Of a stretch of DNA of 64,000 nt, positions 23,436-33,871 are shown one piece after another (within the stretch, counting starts at the first letter, position 1; each line of letters starts with the position of its first letter). A model generated the notes under the pieces. It saw only the letters and a list, made by a program, of their open reading frames with translations. It was not told the DNA's origin and did no database searches. This stretch comes from a virus. The DNA is taken from IMG/VR virus record IMGVR_UViG_3300037423_001547; one strand, given 5' to 3'. The position numbers and the translations under genes are program-made.

Positions 23436-23898
23436 GCCGGGTCTCCTTTGCGGCCTTGGCGTGGCGGGTGCGTTCAGCGAGGACGGATCGGCGCATGGCG
23501 GCGATCTCCTGGCCGGATGCGCGCGGCCATTGCCGGATCACGTCCAGGGGGTCCGCGGCGCGGGTCTTCTGTGGCGGAACCACGGCCTTGGCGACTTCCT
23601 GTTTGGCGCGTTCCAGCAGTGTCAGGTGGCTGTCACGGGCGACCTGCACGCTGTCAGCAGTGAACAGCGCCGGGACTTCTCCGGGTTCGCGGAGGCGGGC
23701 GGCGAACGGTTCGTGCAGGATCATGTCGAGGGCGGTTTCCGCGTCGACGTCGTACTCGGCCATCCGCCAGTCGACGGCATTCTTCGGGAATACGTGCAGG
23801 TGAGTGCTGCCGTCGGGGCGTTCCATGACGATCATCCAGCAGGGTGTTTCCCGATCTGGTCGGTATTCCTTCACATCGGTGATGGTGTAGGTGTCCAT
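23428..23898 (-). CDS. hypothetical tail-associated protein (156 aa)
   Basis: GAGGAG RBS, located between Tal and the fibre. Confidence 0.65.
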   Translation of the reverse strand: MDTYTITDVKEYRPDRETPCWMIVMERPDGSTHLHVFPKNAVDWRMAEYDVDAETALDMILHEPFAARLREPGEVPALFTADSVQVARDSHLTLLERAKQEVAKAVVPPQKTRAADPLDVIRQWPRASGQEIAAMRRSVLAERTRHAKAAKETRHA

Positions 23899-23907
23899 GG
23901 GGTCTCC

Positions 23908-26817
23908 TCAGATCCGGAAGCACCAGAAGTAGATGGACCAGAGCCCGGATCCGGCGGGGCTGATGGTGGCGGTGAACCCGGTGGCGTCGGATGCAGTGCA
24001 AGAGTTCGAATGGACCACATCGTCACGAATGGTGTAGATGGGCAGCATTTGGGATGCCTTGGTGGAACCGAAGGAGATGGAGATGGACGATGAGCCGCTG
24101 GTGGCGTCGATGGACCCGGTGAAAAGTCCCATGTTCGTGCCGCGGTCGGTGAAGTCGTCCCACTTGCCGGTGTGGTGGGTGATGCTGTCGTTGCCGAACC
24201 AGAGCACGTTTTCGTTGCCGGTTCCCTGCCCGAACCCGACAAAGGCTTGGTTCGCGTCAGCGTAGAATTCCCCGCCTTGACCGTATGAGACCTGCGCTTT
24301 GTTCGAGTCGGCGTAAAAGTTTCCCCCCTCGGTTCCGCCTCTGTTGAACCCGGCGTAGAGGGCTCCCGGCGCGGCCCATACGTAGCCGCCGCGTCGTTGC
24401 TCGCTGGGGAACGTGATGCTTTCGAGGGCGGCGGCGGAACTGGTCAGATAGACGCGGTTGGCGCACGTGACGCCTGCGTCGTCGAAGGGGCTGGAGTTGA
24501 CGCCGACGGAGACGTCCGTGCCTGCCGAGACGCCGTTGATGGACCCGTAGTCGGTGCCGGTGTTGGCGTAGAAGCGGATCTCGGGCAGGAGTGTGGCGGT
24601 TGGGTTGATCTCGATACGGCGGCCGCTGGTCCCGGATTTGAGCTGCCCGATGATGGACACCGACCCGTCAGCCGCCGCGATGTTCACCGTCTGCGTGCCT
24701 GAGCCGTTGTAGGCAAGCAGCCCTGCGCTGGAGAGTTCAACGCGCGCCCCGCTGTCGGCGGTCTTGATGCGCGAGCCGACGATCCAGTCCGCGCTGATCG
24801 TGCCAGCGGTGACCTTGGTGACGGTGAGATCAGAGATGTGGGCGTCGTCGATGAGGAGCGCGGTCGCCGTGGCCGCATCCGAGGGCCCGCTCTTGTTGCC
24901 CGCCTTGTCGACCGCGATCACCCGGACGTAGCGGGCCGATGTCTCCTCCACCTGCACCGTGAAGACGACCGGGATCTGCGCCTGCATCATGCCCGCGTTT
25001 GCGACGGCCTTGCCGAGCAGCGTCGAGGTGGACGGCGTGAACGTCGGCTCGTAGCTCACGTGGACTTCGAGGTGGTCGAGGTCCGCCTCCAGGTTGTACG
25101 TACCGCCACTGGACTTGCCAAGGGTGTGCGTGATCTGCACAGCGATCCGTGAGCCGGCCACCGACGGGGCCGCCGGCGTGGACGGCGGAATGTTGTCCGA
25201 GGTTGCCACGAACGTCGTGGTAGCCGACCAGGCGCCAGTGTTGCCGGTGGAGTCGACGCCACGGATCTGCACGTCGTAGCCGACACCAGGGCTGAGGTCG
25301 AGGAGTTCGGCGGTGGTGTGGTCCCAGGCCACCGTCATGTACTGCCACTGGGTGGACGGTGCGGCAAACGGCTGCTTCCAGACCTGCATGTCCTGCCAGC
25401 GGATCTGGCTGACCTGGGACCAGGTGGCCGGGTAGATCATGTCGGTGTCGATGGCCCAGCGGATGTCGTAGTGGTCGCCGTCCAGGACGGTGGAGCCGTC
25501 GACGTTGTTCGGGGCGTTCCAGGACAGGATCGTGCGGGCGCGGGTGAAACCGCGGTTGTCGAGGTAGGCGGCGCCGGTGAATGGGGTGATGAATACCGGT
25601 ACGCCTGGCGTCGAGGTGTCGCTGTTGGGGCGGGAGCCGACGGGTTCGGTGCTGGTGTTGGTGAGCTGGCGGGAGAAGTCGCCGACGGTCACCGTGGACG
25701 TGGCGTCGGTTTCCCATTCGACGTACTGGGTGAGATCAGTCCAGGTGCCGTTCGCGTCGCGGTAGGCGACCGTGTACTGCTCGGTGATCGCCCACTGGGT
25801 TTCGGCGACTTGCAGTTTGATCGGGTTGATTCGTACGCCCCGGAACGTGATCTCCGTGCTCGTGTCGACGAGCCCACTGTCCGGGTCGTACACCCACACT
25901 CGGTCACCGACGACGAAGCTGCCGTGGACGTCGTAGTCGGCCGTGCTGAGGGTGAGGGCGTTGCGGGTCGACGTGAACTGGGACAGGGCCAGTTGCGCCC
26001 GTGTGGCCGCGTTTGCGGTCGCCGTGTCCGACTCGGACACCAGCCGTGTCAGCTTCAGCGCGTTGCCGTGGATGTCCTTGTACGGAGTCGCCGGGCTGAT
26101 GTTCGCCGACCCGGTGGCGATGCTGGAGCCCTCGCCCTCCGCGAGGAGCACCACCCGCGTGCTGTAGTCCTCCACATCCCGGGTGACGTCCACGCTGCCG
26201 GGCAGCGCACGGAGGAACATGTCCTCCCCGGTCTCCTTGGTGGTGATCACACAGGTGGGGTTGGTGACGAACAGGCTGCTGTCCGGGCCCGCGTCCAACG
26301 TCCCGTTGCCGTTGACCCGCCAGGACACCGGCACCGAAGTGGTGGACATGGTGTCGCACACGTAGGTGATCGCCTCACGGGGCGACTCGTACTGATGCCG
26401 GCCGGTGTACTGCCCGGACACGCTGTAGATGGTGCCTGCGGTGACCGCGCCGCTGGCTGGCAGGAGCATGTTGATGGCGGTGGCGAAGGATGCGGACGCG
26501 GGCTCAACCGCGTTCTCGTAGACGTCGCCCTTGCCGTCCTCGTCCCCCAGCCAGAACGCCATGCCGACCCCGCCGATGGACAGATCGTCTTGGGGAGCCG
26601 CGGTGCGGCCGTCGTCGCCGATGGTGCGGGTGCGGAGGACACCGACGTAGCGGGCGGCAGTCAGCAGGTTGTCGCCGTACTGGGCCGGGTCCAACCGGCC
26701 GGGGATGATCGCGACATGCCCGAAGTAATCGAGGCGGTCGAGGACGTCGCGGGGCGTCCCAGGGAGGAGCTTGACCTCCCACGAGCCGAGGGCTTTGAGA
26801 ACCTCCTGGACAGCCAC
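23908..26817 (-). CDS. tail-associated lysin/tip protein (Tal-like minor tail protein) with FN3-like repeats
   Basis: 969 aa directly after Dit, GTG start with GGAGG upstream. The N-terminal part is like prophage tail endopeptidase family proteins, and the middle is FN3-like (WSATTTFVATSD, PSTPAAPSV). Confidence 0.82.
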   Translation of the reverse strand: MAVQEVLKALGSWEVKLLPGTPRDVLDRLDYFGHVAIIPGRLDPAQYGDNLLTAARYVGVLRTRTIGDDGRTAAPQDDLSIGGVGMAFWLGDEDGKGDVYENAVEPASASFATAINMLLPASGAVTAGTIYSVSGQYTGRHQYESPREAITYVCDTMSTTSVPVSWRVNGNGTLDAGPDSSLFVTNPTCVITTKETGEDMFLRALPGSVDVTRDVEDYSTRVVLLAEGEGSSIATGSANISPATPYKDIHGNALKLTRLVSESDTATANAATRAQLALSQFTSTRNALTLSTADYDVHGSFVVGDRVWVYDPDSGLVDTSTEITFRGVRINPIKLQVAETQWAITEQYTVAYRDANGTWTDLTQYVEWETDATSTVTVGDFSRQLTNTSTEPVGSRPNSDTSTPGVPVFITPFTGAAYLDNRGFTRARTILSWNAPNNVDGSTVLDGDHYDIRWAIDTDMIYPATWSQVSQIRWQDMQVWKQPFAAPSTQWQYMTVAWDHTTAELLDLSPGVGYDVQIRGVDSTGNTGAWSATTTFVATSDNIPPSTPAAPSVAGSRIAVQITHTLGKSSGGTYNLEADLDHLEVHVSYEPTFTPSTSTLLGKAVANAGMMQAQIPVVFTVQVEETSARYVRVIAVDKAGNKSGPSDAATATALLIDDAHISDLTVTKVTAGTISADWIVGSRIKTADSGARVELSSAGLLAYNGSGTQTVNIAAADGSVSIIGQLKSGTSGRRIEINPTATLLPEIRFYANTGTDYGSINGVSAGTDVSVGVNSSPFDDAGVTCANRVYLTSSAAALESITFPSEQRRGGYVWAAPGALYAGFNRGGTEGGNFYADSNKAQVSYGQGGEFYADANQAFVGFGQGTGNENVLWFGNDSITHHTGKWDDFTDRGTNMGLFTGSIDATSGSSSISISFGSTKASQMLPIYTIRDDVVHSNSCTASDATGFTATISPAGSGLWSIYFWCFRI

Positions 26818-26820
26818 CCG

Positions 26821-28029
26821 CTACCTCCGAACCCCATAGACGCTCTCCGGCATGCATGCCACGTACTGGTTCCGCAGATCCGTCGCCGCGTCCCCTGAGA
26901 CCGCGCTGCCGCCGCCGGCTACGACTCCGATCCAGAAGTCCATGCTCGTCGTACTCGCCTTGGTGACGCCGCCGTTCGTGTGTGCGGTGAAGGTGCGGGC
27001 GGAGCCGACGGCGAACCGGTTGCCGTCGGAGTCGTTCGCCGTGGCGGTGACGTATCCGGATGCCGCGAAGCTGGTGTTGGTCTCCAGCGTGGACCGGTAG
27101 GCGGCCAACGTGGCGGAGGTGCCGGTCTGGAGGTAGCCCTCAACGAACCGGGAGCCGCGGCGGAGGGTGAGGTCGAGGGTGGTGCGCCCGGGGTTCTGGC
27201 TCTTGATGAGCCTCACGACGGCCATCTCGGGGTCGTTGCGGATGAGGGTGGCTGCGTCCCAGGTGGTGATGCTGCTGGCGGATCCGGCGACGGAGACGTT
27301 CCACAGCTTCGAGTGGTAGGCGCCGCCGGTGTAGGCCTGTACGTCGAGGGTGGCCGAGGCGCTGGGTGTGACGTTGACGAGGCCGTTCGACAGGGCCCAA
27401 CCAGCGGCCGAGAGCGGCACGTCGACGCCGTACACCTCCTGCGACGCCGTGGTGGTGACCTTCACGCGGCCCGTCAGGTAGCTGGTCGGGGCGCAGCCCC
27501 AGCGTGGGCTGATGTTGGCGGGGACGCTGCGGTAGACGGTGATCGTGCCGTCCGCGCTGGCGCGGGTCATCGTGGTCGGGTTGGTGGTGCCGGTGTAGTA
27601 GCCGTAGTGGCCGATCGGCGGGGCGTGCCAGCGCTCGCCGGTCAGGGAGAAGTCGTTCAACCGGACGGCGCCGGTGAGGCGGGACTGGAGGTCGGTCTCC
27701 GAGTCGGAGCCGACCCGGTCCAGGCTGACTTTCCAGTCGGCGGTCACCATGTCCGTGCGGTACTCGGTGTACGTGCTGCTCGCGGCCTTGACCGTGTAGT
27801 AGCCGTTCCGCTCCGGCTTGTCCGTCCACGTGACGGGGATGCACTGGCCCGGGATCAGCGCGTTGATCCCGTCGTGTCGGGCCACCACCTGCGCGCGGGT
27901 GAGCGGCGGATACGACTCCTGCCCTTCGATGTCGAGGCTACGGTCGTCGCCGCCAGACTCTCCGACGGCGAACGTCTCCCGCAATGGGATCCGCCCGAGC
28001 TGGACGTCGCCCCAGTTGTACAAGGCCAT
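26821..28029 (-). CDS. distal tail protein (Dit)
   Basis: ATG 28029 forms an ATGA overlap with the tape-measure stop. Size and position are canonical. The track extension to 28320 is Arg-rich and lies inside the tape-measure gene. Confidence 0.75.
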   Translation of the reverse strand: MALYNWGDVQLGRIPLRETFAVGESGGDDRSLDIEGQESYPPLTRAQVVARHDGINALIPGQCIPVTWTDKPERNGYYTVKAASSTYTEYRTDMVTADWKVSLDRVGSDSETDLQSRLTGAVRLNDFSLTGERWHAPPIGHYGYYTGTTNPTTMTRASADGTITVYRSVPANISPRWGCAPTSYLTGRVKVTTTASQEVYGVDVPLSAAGWALSNGLVNVTPSASATLDVQAYTGGAYHSKLWNVSVAGSASSITTWDAATLIRNDPEMAVVRLIKSQNPGRTTLDLTLRRGSRFVEGYLQTGTSATLAAYRSTLETNTSFAASGYVTATANDSDGNRFAVGSARTFTAHTNGGVTKASTTSMDFWIGVVAGGGSAVSGDAATDLRNQYVACMPESVYGVRR

Positions 28030-31000
28030 CAGCGCGCCCTCTCCCGGTCGTAGGTCCGCAGCGCTTCCTTGATCTCGACGACCAGCTCCTGCGCGGCCTG
28101 CCTGCGCGCGGACCGGCTGGAGAAGTCGAAGCTGCCCGAGACGGTGATGTTCTCGATCGTGACGCTGCCGCCACCCCGACCGGAGACGAGCTGCTCGAAC
28201 ATCGCCGTCTGCCGGGCGTCCAGCACGCGCTCCGGGCGTCCGGTCCGGTTGATGGCCATCGTGGCGCCGGGCTGCAGCAGGCCACCGCTGTCGTACTTGG
28301 CGGCCGGCGCGAAGCCCCACCGGCTGGTGAACAGGCTGTCGCGGTAGGAGCGGGCGCGCGGGCCGACGATGACGCCGGCGCCGCCCCGGGACTCGACGTT
28401 GACGCCTGCGATGGTGCCTGCGGTGTGGCCGACACCGGAGTTGGTGATCCCGACCATGAAGGGGCTGTTGAGGTTGCGGACCCAGCCGGACGGGCCGTTG
28501 TTCCCGACGAACGCGCCGGTCGCCCAGCGGCGGTGCGGGCGCTCGCCACGGATCACAGACTCAATCGCCGACATGAACCCGGAGCAGTCCCAGCTGGGGT
28601 TCCCGTTTCCGGCCCACTGATAGGGCAGGCCAGCCTGGGTCTTCGCCCACGCCAGCGCCCGCTGTACGGCTGGCCCGCCCACGGCCTTCTTGTCCTCGTT
28701 GCCCAGGAAAGACAGCATCCCGTCGAGGGCCTTGTTGGAGAGGCCCTTCAGGAGGGAGCCGACGCCGCCGCCGGGGATCCGGCCGATGAGCGGGCGGACG
28801 ATGGCGGCGATGGCTTTCTGCGCGGCCGACTTGAGTCCACCGATCACCAGGTCTTTCGCCCAGTCGACTGCGCCGCCGATGGCTCCTCCGATGCCGGAGG
28901 TGATGCTGCCGACGATGCCGCCGGAGGCGTAGTGCTGGGTGCCGCCTTGGTACCGGCGGCGTTCCTCTTGCCTGCTGGGGTTGCCGCCGGTTTTGGTGGG
29001 GTGGTCCTGGCCGAGCATGGCGTCGATGCCGCGGTGTCCGCCGAGCTGGGCGACCTGCTGCTTGGAGAGGATGCGCTCGCCGGGGGTGAGCATGGCGGGG
29101 ACGGTGTCGGTGTTGCCGGTGCCGGGGACGACGCCGCCCTTGTTGAAGCCGAGGCTGATGGTGGGCAGCGTCAGCTTGGAGTTGATTTTTCCGGCGATGG
29201 TGTTCCACATCTTCCGGATGCCTGAGTTGTACACATGTGACACCACCCATTTCACGGGGGCCGCGAACTTGGACTGGATGCCCGCGAACAGGGTTCCGGT
29301 GCCGTCACGGATCGCGCGGACACCGTTGAGGAAGGCGTTCTTGAAGTCGCTGAGCTTGCCTCGCAGGGTGGAGAAGACGCTGGTGACCTTGGACACGGCG
29401 CTGTTCCACAGCCCGTTCCAGGTGTTCGTGACCGAAGTCCTCAGCCCGGACACCCAGTTCACTACCGACGTCTTCGCGCCGGTGAGGGCCTTCCACAGTC
29501 CGGACCAGAAGCTGTCCCACTTCGATCGGGCGCTGTTCCACAGGTTGTTCCAGGTGTCGACGACCCACTTGCGCAGGTTGTTGAAGATCTCCTTCGACTT
29601 CGTCCAGAGCTTGGTGAACCAGTCGATGATCGCGTGCACCAGATCCGGGATGATCGAGTGCCCGACGAGAACGTCATACAGCCACGTGAACTTGTCGACG
29701 ATCCACTTGACGCCGTCCGTGATCGCCTTGGTGAACGTGGTGATCCACCCGATGACCGTCGTAATCGCCGGGACCAGCGTGGTGATCGCGCTCGTGAGTA
29801 CGGTCGTCAGCATGGTCGCGAGCTGGAGGATCAGCGGCATCAAAGGTGTGAGCACCTGCAACGCCAGGTCCAACAGCGCGATCGTGAGCTGCGACAGCGG
29901 CGGAATCAACGGCAACACCGCAAGCATCAGCTGCGGGAACAAAGGAGCCAACTGCCCGAGGAACTGGCCGAACTGCTGCACGATCGGCACCAGCGCCCCG
30001 ACGACCGGCAACAAGCCCTGCGTCAACGCGCCGATCAGCGGCACCAACTGGGCGCCGAACGCCGAGATCATCGGCCCCAGCGCCTCGACGATAGCCCCGA
30101 TCAGCTCACCGAGCGGCGGCAGCAGCGGCATGACCGCCTGCACCAGCCCGACGATGATGTCCCCGACATCCGACACGATCGGCAGCAGCGCGTCCACGAT
30201 CGGCATCAACGCCTTGCCCAGCGCAGCGGCGAGGTCGGCGAGGACGGGCCCGAACTTTTCCGCCAACTCGGTCACGACTGGCGCCAGCGCGGCGAGCAGC
30301 GGCAGCAGCGCCTCGATCACCGCACCCAGGGTTCCCGCGAACAGCTTCGCGATCGAGTTGACCGCCGTAAAGATCGACGTGAGGGCCTTCTGCACCTCCG
30401 GCATCGCTGTGATCTTCCGCAGCTCCGCGAACACGGCCCCCAACGAACCGAGCGCGTCACCACCACCTGCGGATGCCGCCTTGAAGATGTTCTTGACCGT
30501 GCCGAAGATGTCACCGAGGAGCTGCCCGAACTGCTTCGCGATGTCGACACCGTTGTTGATGGCGTCCTCAAGAGCACCCGACTTGAACGCGTCCGACAAC
30601 TTCTTCGAGATGCGGTCCGCCGCAGTGCCGGCCGCCGTCGTCAGCCGCTCGAACGCTGGCGACGCGGCGATGCTGATCTGCGTGAGCGCGGTGACGATCT
30701 GCCCGGGGATCCGGGTCAGCTGGCTCGTGGCGTCGTTGAGGCCCTGGAACATCTTCCGCAGTTGGCCGGTCTTCGCCAGCTCGATCACAGCGTTCGCGGC
30801 GTTCGTCGCCATCGCGTTGAGATTGCTGGCCATGCCGACCAGCCCAGCCCGCAGCGAGGGGATCACCGCCGTGGACAGCTCGGTGAACTTCTGCCCCAAC
30901 CCTTGGAAGAGGGCGTTCTGAACGTCCAGCTTCAGGCCCCGCCACGCATCCCGCTGCGCGAGCACAGAGTTGACGAAGGCCTGCGCGTTCGGCGCCAGGT

Positions 31001-32471
31001 TGGCGATCGCTGTACCCAGCTTGTCGGTGGCTGAGGCGCCGGCCTCCTGCGCGGCCGCGAGCGCCTCCGCGGCTTCCTTCGCTGCCTCCTGGGCGTCGGC
31101 GATCTGCCGGGCCCCGTCCTTGGCGGCCTGCGCTGCCGCGGCCTGGGCGTCCGCGACGTCCCGCTGGGCTTTCGCGATCCGCTGCGCCCCGTCTACCTGG
31201 GCGCGGGCGGCGTCGATCTGGGCGTCCTTCAGCTCCTGGGTCTTGTCCTTGATCTCCTGGTTGGCGTCACGCTCCTTCTCTTTGGCGTCCTTGACCTTCT
31301 TGCTGCCTTCGACCCCGGCCTCGTTCGCTGCGGTGGTCTGCTCCTGAAGGCGCTGCGTCTCGGTCTGCTGCTCGTTGAGTGCCTGCAGGGCTTTGTCGTA
31401 GGCCAGCTGCGCCTTGTCGATTTCCTCCTGCGTTGCCTTCGAGCCCTTGGCTTTGACCGCGGCCAGCTCCTGCTCGGCGTCCTGCAGGTCCAGCACCTTC
31501 TGCCGCTGGTCCAACTGGGCGTCGGCGAGCCGGTCGTTCAAGTCCTGGAGATCTTCGGCGGCCTGCTTGCGAGCATCGTTGAGGTCTTCCTGTGCCCGCT
31601 TCGCTGCCCGCTGCGCATCCGCGAGGTCCCGCTCCGCCTGCTCCACCTGTTCGGCCGCCCGCCGGCTGGCGTCGGCCACGTCCTGGACGGTGTTCTTCAG
31701 GTTCTGCTGCGCGTCCTCGATGTCCCGGGCTGCCCTCACGCGGGCCTCGGCAGCGTTGACCTCGGCGTCCTTCACAGCCCGCTGTGCCTTCGCAAGGGAC
31801 CGCTGCGCCGACTCCACCCGCCGCGTCGCGTTCTCCGCGGTGGCCGCGCTCTTCGTGGCCGGCGCGAACGCGGCCTTGAAAGCGTCCCCGATCCCGGACG
31901 TGCCGATCTTGATGGCGGCGAACGCGGCACCCAGCGACAGCACCGCCGGCGCGGCCAGCGCTGCGGCCGGACCCATCTGGATGATGGCCTGTCCGAGCGA
32001 AGCCAGCGTGGGGAGTGCGCCAGTGGCTAGGACTTTCAGGTTGGTCAGGGCAGAGGTGAGGCTGCCGATTCCGGCCGAGCTGCCTCCCGCTCCTCCCACG
32101 CTCCCGGTGAGGCGCGAGAGCGCGGACCGGTCGAGGTCGACGCGGACGTTGATGCGGCGGTCGCGGGTGAGGGTGTCGAGATCGGCGCGGGCGCGGCCGG
32201 TGTCGGCGTCTGCGGTGATCCGTGTGGTGCGGGCACGGGTGAGGAGTGCCAGGTCGTCGGCTGCCGCACGGGTGTCGACGTCGGCGGTGATCCGGGCGGT
32301 GCGGTCCCGCATCAAGGCGTCGAGGCGAGCGAGGGCGGACCGGTCGTCGAGTTCGACGCCCACCTTGACGATGTACCGGCGGGACTGGAGCCGCTGCATG
32401 GACCGGTTGAACGAGGTCTCATCGGCCGTGACCTCGACGAAACCCTCAGCGATCCGAAACGCGCCGGCCAT
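28029..32471 (-). CDS. tape measure protein with NlpC/P60-like domain
   Basis: 1480 aa with Ala/Leu-rich coiled-coil and hydrophobic segments. GLPYQWAGNGNPSWDCSGFMSAIESV is an NlpC/P60 catalytic-Cys motif. Follows the G/G-T chaperones. Confidence 0.93.
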   Translation of the reverse strand: MAGAFRIAEGFVEVTADETSFNRSMQRLQSRRYIVKVGVELDDRSALARLDALMRDRTARITADVDTRAAADDLALLTRARTTRITADADTGRARADLDTLTRDRRINVRVDLDRSALSRLTGSVGGAGGSSAGIGSLTSALTNLKVLATGALPTLASLGQAIIQMGPAAALAAPAVLSLGAAFAAIKIGTSGIGDAFKAAFAPATKSAATAENATRRVESAQRSLAKAQRAVKDAEVNAAEARVRAARDIEDAQQNLKNTVQDVADASRRAAEQVEQAERDLADAQRAAKRAQEDLNDARKQAAEDLQDLNDRLADAQLDQRQKVLDLQDAEQELAAVKAKGSKATQEEIDKAQLAYDKALQALNEQQTETQRLQEQTTAANEAGVEGSKKVKDAKEKERDANQEIKDKTQELKDAQIDAARAQVDGAQRIAKAQRDVADAQAAAAQAAKDGARQIADAQEAAKEAAEALAAAQEAGASATDKLGTAIANLAPNAQAFVNSVLAQRDAWRGLKLDVQNALFQGLGQKFTELSTAVIPSLRAGLVGMASNLNAMATNAANAVIELAKTGQLRKMFQGLNDATSQLTRIPGQIVTALTQISIAASPAFERLTTAAGTAADRISKKLSDAFKSGALEDAINNGVDIAKQFGQLLGDIFGTVKNIFKAASAGGGDALGSLGAVFAELRKITAMPEVQKALTSIFTAVNSIAKLFAGTLGAVIEALLPLLAALAPVVTELAEKFGPVLADLAAALGKALMPIVDALLPIVSDVGDIIVGLVQAVMPLLPPLGELIGAIVEALGPMISAFGAQLVPLIGALTQGLLPVVGALVPIVQQFGQFLGQLAPLFPQLMLAVLPLIPPLSQLTIALLDLALQVLTPLMPLILQLATMLTTVLTSAITTLVPAITTVIGWITTFTKAITDGVKWIVDKFTWLYDVLVGHSIIPDLVHAIIDWFTKLWTKSKEIFNNLRKWVVDTWNNLWNSARSKWDSFWSGLWKALTGAKTSVVNWVSGLRTSVTNTWNGLWNSAVSKVTSVFSTLRGKLSDFKNAFLNGVRAIRDGTGTLFAGIQSKFAAPVKWVVSHVYNSGIRKMWNTIAGKINSKLTLPTISLGFNKGGVVPGTGNTDTVPAMLTPGERILSKQQVAQLGGHRGIDAMLGQDHPTKTGGNPSRQEERRRYQGGTQHYASGGIVGSITSGIGGAIGGAVDWAKDLVIGGLKSAAQKAIAAIVRPLIGRIPGGGVGSLLKGLSNKALDGMLSFLGNEDKKAVGGPAVQRALAWAKTQAGLPYQWAGNGNPSWDCSGFMSAIESVIRGERPHRRWATGAFVGNNGPSGWVRNLNSPFMVGITNSGVGHTAGTIAGVNVESRGGAGVIVGPRARSYRDSLFTSRWGFAPAAKYDSGGLLQPGATMAINRTGRPERVLDARQTAMFEQLVSGRGGGSVTIENITVSGSFDFSSRSARRQAAQELVVEIKEALRTYDRERAR

Positions 32472-33271
32472 CTACCCTCCCTGTGCCACGCTCACGAGTC
32501 CCGGGAATTGCGCCCGGAACTGGGTCAGCGAGACTTCCGTCTTCTCGCTGCTGCCGCGTCCCTGAGGCGCGGCGGTTGTGCTCGTGCGGGTTTGGGTGGT
32601 GTTAGTCGGCTGCCGGTCCTCGCGTTCGGCTTCGACGCGGGCGGCCATCACGCCTTGGTAGGCGGTCAGCCGGTGCGCCAGTGCAAAGTAGCGTCGGGCG
32701 CTGATGTCGACTTGCTCAAGGTCGATGCGGTAGATGGCCAGGAAGTCGGCGTCCAAGTCGTCTTCGTGGTCGAGGACCCAGCCGATCTCATCGATCCGGT
32801 CCAGTACCGGTCGGGAAAAGTCTCGGCGGCGAAACCCCTCATCCAGGAGCCGCGCCCATGCAGGTCCTACGCTTTTCCCTCCTTCTTCTCTCCCCGGCCG
32901 AGGGCCAGGTCGATGACGATCTGGATGATCCGTTCGAGCTGTTCGCCCTTCAGCCCCCGGGACTTCTCCAGCGCCTTGTACGCCTCCGTACCAAGGACCC
33001 GGGTCAAGAGGGCCGGGGCGGCGAGCTCCTGGCCGATCTCGGCTGCGATCCGCAGGTATTCGAGGCCGACACCGACGGGGATCTCCTTGGGGATCGTGTA
33101 CTCGGTGTCGCCGATGTAGAAGAGCGGGACACGTTCCTCGACGACGTCCTCGTCGGCCTCGATGTGGATCGGTTCGAAGTCCAGGGCCGCCGCGGGGCCG
33201 GTCGGCTTGCTTGCCGGGCGCTTCCGGGCGGCCGTGGTCTGGCGGGTACGGGCGGGGGTGGTGGATGCCAT
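32472..33271 (-). CDS. tail assembly chaperone G-T fusion made by a -1 programmed frameshift
   Basis: The -1 frame is open from the slip site through to the stop at 32472-32474, which abuts the tape-measure ATG. I translated this by hand across 32757-32897. Confidence 0.65.
32867..33271 (-). CDS. tail assembly chaperone (G-like)
   Basis: 134 aa between the tail tube and the tape measure. It ends in a slippery GGGAAAA heptamer. Confidence 0.75.
   Translation of the reverse strand: MASTTPARTRQTTAARKRPASKPTGPAAALDFEPIHIEADEDVVEERVPLFYIGDTEYTIPKEIPVGVGLEYLRIAAEIGQELAAPALLTRVLGTEAYKALEKSRGLKGEQLERIIQIVIDLALGRGEKKEGKA
32873..32879 (-). other. slippery heptamer G_GGA_AAA
   Basis: Plus-strand TTTTCCC. 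In the zero frame it reads gaG GGA AAA gcg TAG. After slippage it reads GGG AAA AGC GTA GGA. Confidence 0.65.
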
Positions 33272-33309
33272 GGGTGGTGCTCCTCGCTACGGGCAGGGAC
33301 AGGCGCCGG

Positions 33310-33870
33310 TCAGCTGGTCTGGTCGACGATGTGGAACGGCGTGATACTGGCGCTGACGTAGTGGCCGGCGAATTTGATCGGGATGAGCGTCTGCTTGTCC
33401 TTGGTGTAGGCCAGCTCGCTGCTGTCGGTGTTCAGCATGCGCCGGCCGATCACGCGGCGCCGGAACTGGGACGGGGCGTAGCCGTCCATGATGATCGCGA
33501 AGTATGTCGGCTGGGTGGCTGAGCTGCTGACGTTCGGGTCGTAGCTCTTCCAGCCGGAGCCGCTGGCTGCGGTGCCGCCGTTGAGGCTGAGCGACAGGTT
33601 CTCCAACGTGGGCTCGGCCAGGGAGGTCTCGATCGTGAAGTCGGCCTTGGTCAGTCGGGAGCCGACGCGGAGGGTGATCTGGTCGACTTCCAGCTCCGAG
33701 TAGGTCTGGTCGACGGACAGCTTGACGCCGTCCTGGGTCCCGCCCAGGTCGGTCCAGCTGGACGCGGCCGGGGTGGTGTTGACCTGGGTGTCGGTCGGCT
33801 CAACGGCACCGAAAGCGCCCTGGTAGAGGGTCGCGGGCCCCTGGATGAGGTTGGTGGTGGTGACGGCCAT
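33310..33870 (-). CDS. major tail (tube) protein
   Basis: 186 aa with an AAGGAGAG RBS, in the canonical position upstream of the chaperones. Beta-rich with a LIQGPATLY start. Confidence 0.78.
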   Translation of the reverse strand: MAVTTTNLIQGPATLYQGAFGAVEPTDTQVNTTPAASSWTDLGGTQDGVKLSVDQTYSELEVDQITLRVGSRLTKADFTIETSLAEPTLENLSLSLNGGTAASGSGWKSYDPNVSSSATQPTYFAIIMDGYAPSQFRRRVIGRRMLNTDSSELAYTKDKQTLIPIKFAGHYVSASITPFHIVDQTS

Positions 33871-33871
33871 G

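Noticed and set aside
25318-26898. 526-aa plus-strand ORF, plus several His/Arg-rich minus-strand alternative frames (24830..25717, 25904..26359, 27140..27844)
   Set aside because: They overlap the Tal-like and Dit genes. Their compositions are typical of off-frame GC-rich sequence.
28939-31034. Two long plus-strand ORFs (28939..30921 and 29634..31034)
   Set aside because: Both lie wholly antisense to the tape-measure gene. Their products are Ser/Pro/Ala-rich or Arg/Gln/Asp-rich low-complexity sequence, so they are shadow frames.
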